A stretch of 64,000 bases of DNA. Origin: a virus. The DNA is taken from IMG/VR virus record IMGVR_UViG_3300045988_039444; one strand, given 5' to 3'. The position numbers were made by a program, and so were the translations under genes. Below, piece by piece: positions 8,954 to 16,173 of this stretch (positions within the stretch are counted from its first letter, which is position 1; each line of letters starts with the position of its first letter). The notes beneath the pieces are model-generated. The model worked only from the letters and a program-made list of their open reading frames with translations, was not told the DNA's origin and searched no databases.

Positions 8954-9505
8954 ATGACTACTGAACAAGAAAAAGATTTTAAGAAAAGAGGCATATATAA
9001 TGATATTATTCTGATGACAAATCTGACGATGATATATTGTTATATTATGTTCTTTGCTCTTGAAGAAGTTGTTAATATCTTTGATAAACGTTATCGACAT
9101 TCAACCAAGTATTATTATAATATCGTTCGAGAAATTCTTGATAGAATTAATTGTGATAATATTAATTGTTTCAAAACAAGTCAGCAAGATGCTGGTCAAA
9201 TGGTTTTGGATGTTGTTAAAGAAATCGAAGATAGACTTGTTTTTAATGATAAACAGTTATATATCCTATTTGTTATTAATCAAAAGGCTTACGATAATAT
9301 TCATAGGTTTGAACCTGAAGTTACAAGTATATTTAAGAAACAAATTGAATACATTTATCGTAAACTAATTGATTATTGTCCTGTAACATTGGATAAAGAC
9401 AAAATGGCTATTGCAACGATTGTCATTAATCAAGTTGTTAATAAAGTTAAAGCTCGTGAGGAATCTGATGGTTCACTCACTATTATATATGATGATGCAA
9501 AATAA
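8954..9505 (+). CDS. hypothetical protein
   Basis: 183-aa ORF. Confidence 0.55.
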   Translation: MTTEQEKDFKKRGIYNDIILMTNLTMIYCYIMFFALEEVVNIFDKRYRHSTKYYYNIVREILDRINCDNINCFKTSQQDAGQMVLDVVKEIEDRLVFNDKQLYILFVINQKAYDNIHRFEPEVTSIFKKQIEYIYRKLIDYCPVTLDKDKMAIATIVINQVVNKVKAREESDGSLTIIYDDAK

Positions 9506-9584
9506 ATTTTAAGATTTGTTTGGTCATACCATATATAATTATTATATTTGAATCATAAATAATAAACAAACAAACACAAGAACT

Positions 9585-9746
9585 ATGCCTTACATTATCA
9601 CTCGTGCTAACGAAAATAATAAAGTTGGTAAAATGGGAAAAGGTCGCAAAATCAGTCATGTTCAAACTATCGTAGTTGATGGTGATGAACGTAATAAATG
9701 TCGGCCGGTATATCGTGTAACGATTATTCACAAAAATAATAAGTAA
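9585..9746 (+). CDS. possible small protein (53 aa, Lys-rich)
   Basis: ATG at 9585 (MPYIITRANENNKVGKMGKGRK...) runs to TAA at 9744-9746. Strand-consistent, unlike the overlapping − track ORF. Confidence 0.3.
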   Translation: MPYIITRANENNKVGKMGKGRKISHVQTIVVDGDERNKCRPVYRVTIIHKNNK

Positions 9747-9856
9747 CAAATTAATACAACAAGTTGTAAATACACTATCATAATAAAATATGTAATGAGT
9801 AGAAATCCTCGATAGGCAATCCAGTATTAAACTACTATTTTTACAACTTGTTTTCT

Positions 9857-9927
9857 TGAACTATGGTGTAATGGTAACACATGAGATTTTGGTTCTCAGA
9901 TTTCAGGTTCGAATCCTGATAGTTCAA
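9857..9927 (+). tRNA. tRNA-Gln (anticodon TTG)
   Basis: Manual fold: acceptor TGAACTA/TAGTTCA, D-stem GTGT/ACAC, anticodon stem TGAGA/TCTCA with loop TTTTGGT, T-arm TCAGG-TTCGAAT-CCTGA, discriminator A. No encoded CCA. Confidence 0.8.
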
Positions 9928-10046
9928 TTATTATAGATAATCATGGCAGAGATATAAATGCAACCGACCGTGTGCTTGGTGATACATAAGTCGAGACTTA
10001 ACTGTATTTTAGGCTGGTGTAAGTCCAGCTGATTATCTATAATTAC

Positions 10047-10119
10047 GCCGTGTTAGCTTTAATGGTAGAGCAGCTGACTTGTAATCAGCAGGTTGTAGGT
10101 TCGAATCCTACACACGGCT
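10047..10119 (+). tRNA. tRNA-Thr (anticodon TGT)
   Basis: Acceptor GCCGTGT/ACACGGC, D-stem GCTT/GAGC, anticodon stem GCTGA/TCAGC with loop CTTGTAA, T-arm GTAGG-TTCGAAT-CCTAC. Confidence 0.85.
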
Positions 10120-10235
10120 CACATTGGGATTGTTGTGTTCCAAATGTTGATGTTTTGAAATGGACATCTCGGAGTACTTCTGTTGTGATAATAGTGGTAC
10201 TCTTTTTCATGTAAATTCTAATCTAATATAATATT

Positions 10236-10487
10236 ATGACTTTAATCACTCTACCTTCTGGAACTGTTTTAGCTAATGATTACACTCTTCCGACTATTGT
10301 TATTAGTAAAGTTCTTATGGCTAATGATACTAATCCTCACGCTAAACTGTATCCGTATTATTTTACAATTATGTATGCTAATGGAGTTTCGATTCCTATT
10401 ATAGCTAAAACATTAGCAGATGCTGAGCTTGATAGACAAATAGTTGTTAAAGCTATTACTCCTACAAAAGATTCAAATGTGAATTAA
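10236..10487 (+). CDS. hypothetical protein embedded in the tRNA cluster
   Basis: 83-aa ORF between tRNA-Thr and tRNA-Leu. Confidence 0.45.
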   Translation: MTLITLPSGTVLANDYTLPTIVISKVLMANDTNPHAKLYPYYFTIMYANGVSIPIIAKTLADAELDRQIVVKAITPTKDSNVN

Positions 10488-10497
10488 ATAGTAAGTT

Positions 10498-10584
10498 GGC
10501 GAGATGATGAAACTGGTAAACATGAAGGACTTAAAATCCTTTGGTCAGCAAATGGCCTTGCGGGTTCGATTCCCGCTCTCGCTA
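10498..10584 (+). tRNA. tRNA-Leu (anticodon TAA), type II with long variable arm
   Basis: Acceptor GGCGAGA/TCTCGCT, anticodon stem AAGGA/TCCTT with loop CTTAAAA, 17-nt variable arm, T-arm GCGGG-TTCGATT-CCCGC. Confidence 0.8.
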
Positions 10585-10782
10585 CAAGTGTCCAAATGAT
10601 GGACGCGAGTGTACCAATCCGAGTACACGACCTTGCAGACAAAGCTGTCAAAAATCTGCAAGTTAAAAATGTGACAGTACTTATGGATACTCATAAGGCT
10701 AACGCTGGTACCAAGCGGAATAATATTATGTGAGTTTCAACACGTTCATTTAGTAATGCTGTTGTTAGTGCTTACGAGCAAC

Positions 10783-10820
10783 GAACAAGAAACGAGAGTA
10801 CTCCTCGTTCTTGTCTTTTT
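10783..10820 (+). terminator. intrinsic terminator ending the tRNA/small-gene transcription unit
   Basis: ACAAGAAACGAG-AGTACTC-CTCGTTCTTGT stem followed by CTTTTTAA. Confidence 0.7.
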
Positions 10821-10836
10821 AATGATGACGAAACAT

Positions 10837-10915
10837 GCGCGACAAGTGGGCGTCCAACCCACTCCCCCACCGGGTAGCGGAGCGCTGGGCGAAGCCCAGC
10901 AGCGAAGCCGACTTA
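10837..10915. repeat. GC-rich element copy 4 (F orientation; CGCGACAA + core + hairpin GCTGGGC-GAA-GCCCAGC)
   Basis: Core at 10846-10874. Confidence 0.9.
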
Positions 10916-10973
10916 AATTACTACTAAATTAATTCTTAATTAAATACAAATTAAAACTATCTAACATTATGGT

Positions 10974-11156
10974 ATGAGTAAGCAACCTATTATACAAGTT
11001 CATAGTTGTAGAGCTTGTAAGTATTGTAAAAGTAAAACTTCGTATAAGTCACGAACTGAACGAAAGACTTATTATGAATGTGATAAGACTAAAACTATGA
11101 TTACAGAAAGTGTATATCAGACAAATGATTGTTTAACTTTTATTAGTCGTAAATAG
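10974..11156 (+). CDS. small Cys-rich (zinc-ribbon-like) protein
   Basis: 60-aa ORF with a CxxCxxC...CxxxxxC arrangement. Confidence 0.4.
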   Translation: MSKQPIIQVHSCRACKYCKSKTSYKSRTERKTYYECDKTKTMITESVYQTNDCLTFISRK

Positions 11157-11283
11157 TTTATGCCTAAACTCAATGCTAATCAGATAGACAAATATCTTAA
11201 TCCGAAAGATAACGGAGATAAGAGAAGGTCTAAACCTAATAGGAATCTTCGAGAAGATAACAATCAAAATTATAGTAAGAAGA

Positions 11284-11628
11284 ATGATAAACGTAGGCCA
11301 ACAAGTCGTAACCAGTAAAGGTAGATATGGTCGTGTTATTGATGTTGATAATTCATCCAATGAACTTAAAGTATTAGTTAAGATTGGTACTAAAAATTAT
11401 TGGATATTAGAAAGTCAATTAACTCCTGCTACACATATAGTTAGGGTTAAAGTTGAATACGAAATAGATTATTGTGGTAAATCTATTACCGATAGTCTTG
11501 AAGTAGCCCTAAAACGTGATACTGTTCTTTACAATGATAATGTTAATTATTTAGTTCAGATTTGTAAAGATAAAGTAGAAAGACAATTAGAAATGGAAGT
11601 AAAAGTTAAACAAATTAAAATTTCATAA
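11284..11628 (+). CDS. hypothetical protein
   Basis: 114-aa ORF. Confidence 0.5.
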   Translation: MINVGQQVVTSKGRYGRVIDVDNSSNELKVLVKIGTKNYWILESQLTPATHIVRVKVEYEIDYCGKSITDSLEVALKRDTVLYNDNVNYLVQICKDKVERQLEMEVKVKQIKIS

Positions 11629-11633
11629 GTGCT

Positions 11634-12269
11634 ATGACATTTGACTTAAAAGTTATTACTATTGAAACCAAACCTCGTGCTGGATACTTTATTCTTGACG
11701 AAGGTGAATTTTCTACTGTTAAAAAGGTTGTACCTCAACGTAGCGAAGTTTATCTTGATAATGGTAAAGTATTATCTATCGCTGATGCTTCTAAGAAAGT
11801 TGCAAAACTTATCGGTGAAGTTACTACTGAACAAGAGGACAAAGTTATTACAAAAACTTATTCGATTATTCATAGTGATTTCAGTGGAATTATTCGCGGT
11901 TTGTATGATACAATTCCTTATGGAGATGATGTTCCCGAAGAGGATAGAAAATATAAAACGCTTCGTGATGCACTGTTCGCTGGTGTAAAAGTCAGATATG
12001 AAGGTGCATTTGAAACTATTCTTACTCGTACTGTTGTTGATGAAGTTGTTGAGATTTCAAGTCTTTCTGTTGTAGACAGGTATCAGCTTTATTCTCGTGA
12101 TGATAGAGTTGGTGTTGTTACGAAGTTTGACAAAGATTCTCATTGGTTCCAAATTAAACTTAATACCAGTGGTACTGTTGTTAAGTGTAAACGTGAAGAT
12201 TTTACAAAACTTCATAATGACAATACTATACAGATGCTTCATACTTTATGTTCTCGTTGTGGTCGATAA
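11634..12269 (+). CDS. hypothetical protein (C-terminal CxxC)
   Basis: 211-aa ORF. Confidence 0.55.
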   Translation: MTFDLKVITIETKPRAGYFILDEGEFSTVKKVVPQRSEVYLDNGKVLSIADASKKVAKLIGEVTTEQEDKVITKTYSIIHSDFSGIIRGLYDTIPYGDDVPEEDRKYKTLRDALFAGVKVRYEGAFETILTRTVVDEVVEISSLSVVDRYQLYSRDDRVGVVTKFDKDSHWFQIKLNTSGTVVKCKREDFTKLHNDNTIQMLHTLCSRCGR

Positions 12270-12719
12270 ATGGATTTTAGTAAACTTAAAGGACTTGTTC
12301 CTGTAAAGAAAGCTAATATCAATAGAGATTCAACTAATCGAACAAGAAGTAAAACTTCAAATATGACACCTCATGCTATAAAGTGTGAGGTGTTTTTTTA
12401 TGATAATAAGTTTTATGGAATTGTCGATAATGAACGTTATCCTATTGATATAACAGATGAGGATTATCAGAAAGCTACATTTGCATTTAGTACACCTGAT
12501 AATGAACATTGGGATTGGTTTACGATTCGTCCTTTTAGTGCTGCTGAAGCTGATATTGAAAACTTGAAAAAGTATTGGCAACTTATTGTTCCTAAAATGA
12601 AGATTTGGATTACTCTTGAAAATGGAGTAGGAAAACTTGATATGGAACGTATTAATAATCGAAACGAAAAAGTTTTCAAAAGATTAAGTCCAAAATATTA
12701 TGCTTCTCGACGCAATTAA
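12270..12719 (+). CDS. hypothetical protein
   Basis: 149-aa ORF whose ATG overlaps the preceding stop (TAAATG). Confidence 0.5.
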   Translation: MDFSKLKGLVPVKKANINRDSTNRTRSKTSNMTPHAIKCEVFFYDNKFYGIVDNERYPIDITDEDYQKATFAFSTPDNEHWDWFTIRPFSAAEADIENLKKYWQLIVPKMKIWITLENGVGKLDMERINNRNEKVFKRLSPKYYASRRN

Positions 12720-13032
12720 AGAGTATTCGGTGGTCATGCCGGAATTACTTCAATATTTGAAGAAACGAGGATATGACCCCGGATACTTTTTTACAAAGTT
12801 AGACTTATCGCTACAATTCATAATAATATTTGAGTTTTTATTACAGAACTACGATATTGTTATGATTACAACTCCTAATGTTATGGGTGTTAGAGCTTAT
12901 GTTAATCGAACTACTGACAAACAAGATGTAATATTTGTTTGTCCTACTCCTGAAACTTATAAAATAAGTAATAATCATTACGAAACCCTTATTAGTAAGG
13001 CATTTGAGTATATCCAAAACACTGCATTTTAG
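12700..13032 (+). CDS. hypothetical protein
   Basis: 110-aa ORF. Confidence 0.5.
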   Translation: MLLDAIKEYSVVMPELLQYLKKRGYDPGYFFTKLDLSLQFIIIFEFLLQNYDIVMITTPNVMGVRAYVNRTTDKQDVIFVCPTPETYKISNNHYETLISKAFEYIQNTAF

Positions 13033-13037
13033 CCGAT

Positions 13038-15557
13038 ATGGACGCAGATAAATTGAAAGACCTTACAAGTGTTAAGGCAAACAAAAATAAGCCGTCAGCG
13101 AGGCCAAAACAGGCCGCCACGGGCGATTATTCGCAACTGTATCCGGGGCAACAGCAGGCTATCGACAAGCTGTCTGATTGGTATTTTAGTAATGAACTTG
13201 AATGTACACTTGAAGGTTATGCTGGTACAGGCAAAGCTTTATTAAATGGTACTCCAGTTCTTACAAACAAAGGTTGGACTTCTATTGAATCTCTTAAAAT
13301 TGGAGATTTAGTTGCTACTCCGTATGAAGGTTTTCAAAAGGTAAAAGGTGTATATCCTCAAGGTAAAAGACCTTTATATGAAATTACTTTTAGTGATGGA
13401 CGAACTATTATATGTGATGAGAATCATTTATGGCAAATTCGTACTAAAAGAATGTTGCAAAATTATCATAGAATAAGCGGTGATAATTTAAGATATTCTA
13501 AAACTATTTCTACGTTAGAATTGTTTAATGATTCTGATAATTTATATATTGATAAAATAGGATATAAATATGCTATCCCAGTAGCTCCTATTATTGGTAA
13601 TCATAAATCATTCAATATACCACCTTATGTTTTAGGTATATTGCTTGGTGATGGTTGTCTTACAACTCAATATGTTAATTATAGAAATCAAATTGAAATT
13701 TCTTCTGATGAAGAAGATATTATTATAAAAGTTGCTAAATTATTAGATAATGCTGATTATAGATGGCATTCTGATAAAAATTATACTAATATTATATTTA
13801 ATGGTGATGTTGAAATAGTTAATGATAAATTAAAAGATTATAATTTATTATGTAAATCTATTGATAAATATATTCCTACTGAATATCTTGAAAGTTCTAT
13901 TGAACAAAGACAAGAACTCCTTAAAGGTTTAATGGATTCTGATGGTTGTGTAGGTCAAAAGAATAGATTTAGTTTTAATACTACATCTAAACAACTTAAA
14001 GATGATTTTGTATATCTTTGTAGGAGTTTAGGATATATTGTTACAGTATATGAAGATAAACGTGATACTAATATTTGTTATAACATTCATATTTTAACAA
14101 ACGATATTATTTTTAGTAGTAAAAAGCATTTGAATAAATATAATTCTTATAAGTCTAAGACTACTAAATATAATGACCATATTTATATTAAATCTATTGT
14201 TAAATTAGATTATGAATCTGATACTACATGCATTGCAGTAGAAGGTAATAATAAACTTTTTGTAACAAAAGATTTTATTATAACTCATAATACTTATATT
14301 CTTCGATATTTTCTCGATAATATTGTTAATAAGTCTTATACTGTTACAGCTCCTACACACAAAGCTCTTCGAGTTCTTGAATCTCAAGTAGGTAGAAAAG
14401 GTATGACTTTGCATAGTTTGCATGGTCTTAAACCTAATATTGATTTACAGAATTTTGATATTGAGAATCCTCAATTTGACCCTCTTAATCCAAGCAAGAT
14501 ACAAAATTATAATCTTGTTGTGATTGATGAATGTTCTATGATTAATAAGGATTTATTCCAACTTAATCGAAATCGTGCTACTACTTATAATGTTAAGATT
14601 CTTTATGTTGGTGATTCTCTTCAGCTACCACCTGTAAATGAAGAAATATCTTTAACATTTGCTACTGTTAAGAATAAAGTTGTTCTTACTGATATTGTAC
14701 GACAAGAAGAAGGTAATCCTCTTCTTGAACTATTTAGTCTTTTAAGAGATGATATTAAAAATCAAACAAATACTTTTCTGAATTATATAGTTCGAAATAG
14801 GTCTAACATACAAGATGGAATTGGTTATGAAATTATTCCACGAGCTATGTTTAATCAAAGACTTATTGATGAATTTAATTCAGATACATTTCATAAGAAT
14901 ATAGACCATTTTAGAATTACTGCTTATACGAATAAAGCTGTTTCTGATTGGAATAGTATTGTTCGTAATAGTATAGTTGGTAAAGATGCTGATATAATTC
15001 ATATTAATGATTTGGTATTATCTTATAATACCATTGTTGATGAATTTAAAGAACCAATCATTCTAAATAGTGAAGACTATATTCTTGAAGATATTAGACC
15101 TTATATTAGTGATGAAGGTATTAAAACATTTGCTGTTAATCTTAAATCTATGTATGATGGTCATATAACTCAACCATTTCTTATCGTAGATACAAAAGAT
15201 GCTTCGTTTCTTAAATATAAGGAAATTCTAACACATCTTTATAATAGAGCTGCTAATCGTGTTCAACATGGTTGGTATGTTTATTATAAATTCAAGAATC
15301 GTTTTTTAACAAATCTTAAATTCAGTATTGAAACTATTCAAGGAACCAAGTGGATTAATAAAGACATAGATTATGGTTATTCTATGACTGTTCATAAAAC
15401 ACAAGGTTCTACTTTCGATAATGTAGCAATAGATTTGACAGATATTGTTTTCCAAAATACGAGATTTGGTCGTAGAGAAAATGATATTGATATTCGTAAT
15501 AAACTTATGTATGTAGCTCTATCTCGTGCTCGCAAAAGTGTTATTATGAAGTATTAA
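13038..15557 (+). CDS. SF1B (Dda/RecD-like) DNA helicase precursor interrupted by an intein in the Walker A motif
   Basis: Extein motifs: GYAGTGK|T (Walker A, rejoined after splicing), VIDECSM (Walker B), GDSLQLPPV (motif III), TVHKTQGSTFDNV (motif V) and YVALSRAR (motif VI). Confidence 0.85.
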   Translation: MDADKLKDLTSVKANKNKPSARPKQAATGDYSQLYPGQQQAIDKLSDWYFSNELECTLEGYAGTGKALLNGTPVLTNKGWTSIESLKIGDLVATPYEGFQKVKGVYPQGKRPLYEITFSDGRTIICDENHLWQIRTKRMLQNYHRISGDNLRYSKTISTLELFNDSDNLYIDKIGYKYAIPVAPIIGNHKSFNIPPYVLGILLGDGCLTTQYVNYRNQIEISSDEEDIIIKVAKLLDNADYRWHSDKNYTNIIFNGDVEIVNDKLKDYNLLCKSIDKYIPTEYLESSIEQRQELLKGLMDSDGCVGQKNRFSFNTTSKQLKDDFVYLCRSLGYIVTVYEDKRDTNICYNIHILTNDIIFSSKKHLNKYNSYKSKTTKYNDHIYIKSIVKLDYESDTTCIAVEGNNKLFVTKDFIITHNTYILRYFLDNIVNKSYTVTAPTHKALRVLESQVGRKGMTLHSLHGLKPNIDLQNFDIENPQFDPLNPSKIQNYNLVVIDECSMINKDLFQLNRNRATTYNVKILYVGDSLQLPPVNEEISLTFATVKNKVVLTDIVRQEEGNPLLELFSLLRDDIKNQTNTFLNYIVRNRSNIQDGIGYEIIPRAMFNQRLIDEFNSDTFHKNIDHFRITAYTNKAVSDWNSIVRNSIVGKDADIIHINDLVLSYNTIVDEFKEPIILNSEDYILEDIRPYISDEGIKTFAVNLKSMYDGHITQPFLIVDTKDASFLKYKEILTHLYNRAANRVQHGWYVYYKFKNRFLTNLKFSIETIQGTKWINKDIDYGYSMTVHKTQGSTFDNVAIDLTDIVFQNTRFGRRENDIDIRNKLMYVALSRARKSVIMKY
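13236..14291 (+). mobile_element. intein (352 aa) with LAGLIDADG homing endonuclease; Ala1 N-terminus, C-terminal THN, +1 Thr
   Basis: Hint blocks: ALLNGTPVLT...GDLV (A), GRTIICDENHLW (B with Trp at B:12), DTTCIAVEG (F with Cys at F:4), FIITHN|T (G with Thr at G:5). Two LAGLIDADG motifs: LGILLGDGC and LKGLMDSDGCVG. Confidence 0.8.
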
Positions 15558-15654
15558 ACATAATCTTATTAATCAGACTGTTTCATCTGATATTTTTAAT
15601 AGTATTAATATTATGTGTAATGCTTGTGAAAGATGTTATTTATCTATTGCTAAT

Positions 15655-15700
15655 CGACGGATACCCGGTGGGGGAGCGGGTTGCACGCCCACTTTGAGGC
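15655..15700. repeat. GC-rich element copy 5 (R orientation, core-only)
   Basis: Core CCCGGTGGGGGAGCGGGTTGCACGCCCAC at 15664-15692. It creates a false N-terminal extension on the track ORF 15613. Confidence 0.85.
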
Positions 15701-15708
15701 GTACTGTT

Positions 15709-16161
15709 ATGTTTGTTGGTGATACACCAACTATTACAGATTATAAAACTCAAACTATATTTAATGGTCGTTCAACTAAAATAGTTAGTCAATTCATTAA
15801 TGATTATAAACTAACTGCTTGGACTATTAAATCAACTCTTATTCAGTGTGTTTGTGCTGAACCAACTGAACATTATGCTGAAACTTGTTATCCAAATTTT
15901 ATAGCAACTATTAGGAAATATAAACCTACTATTATTGTTGCTGTTGGACAATTTGTTTATCAGTTCCTTAAAGAAGAAAAATATAAAAGTATGGCATCAG
16001 TTGTTAATAAACCAGTTAGGTTTAATGATGCTATATTAATTCCTATATATTCACCAACCTATATTATGCGTAACAAATGTTATTCAGAATATGTTAAATC
16101 TTTTAATTTAATTAGTGACATATTTGCTGAATTATGTAAAGAATATCGTTATTACAGATAA
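15709..16161 (+). CDS. uracil-DNA glycosylase superfamily protein (family 4-like, divergent motifs)
   Basis: MFVGDTPTITDYKTQTIFNGRSTKIV aligns with the UDG family-4 motif A region (VGExPGxxEDxxGxPFVGxxG). C-terminal PIYSPTYIMRN resembles HPSxLLRN. Start moved to the Met after the repeat. Confidence 0.5.
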   Translation: MFVGDTPTITDYKTQTIFNGRSTKIVSQFINDYKLTAWTIKSTLIQCVCAEPTEHYAETCYPNFIATIRKYKPTIIVAVGQFVYQFLKEEKYKSMASVVNKPVRFNDAILIPIYSPTYIMRNKCYSEYVKSFNLISDIFAELCKEYRYYR

Positions 16162-16173
16162 AGTAGTATTATT

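Noticed and set aside
9483-9749. − strand ORF 9483..9749 (88 aa)
   Set aside because: It is antisense to all neighbouring genes and overlaps a strand-consistent 53-aa + ORF. Its hydrophobic Ile/Phe-rich translation is typical of AT-rich shadow frames.
9857-10584. Suppressor tRNAs / stop-codon reassignment (known in some crAss-like lineages)
   Set aside because: The three anticodons (UUG, UGU, UAA) are sense anticodons matching A-ending codons favoured in an AT-rich genome. Long ORFs are intact under the standard code with all three stop codons used as terminators.
12367-12398. Terminator-like hairpin CACCTCA…TGAGGTG+T8 inside ORF 12270..12719
   Set aside because: It lies in-frame within a continuous ORF and no alternative start follows. 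It is probably incidental, though an attenuator cannot be excluded.
15613-15708. N-terminal extensions of track ORFs 15613, 23470 and 55216/58344 (peptides such as MPVGVQPAPPPGSGALGEAQQRS)
   Set aside because: These are translations of the GC-rich elements, which have few stop codons in any frame. Plausible starts exist immediately after the element, and the same Pro/Gly peptide recurs wherever a copy is read in that frame.
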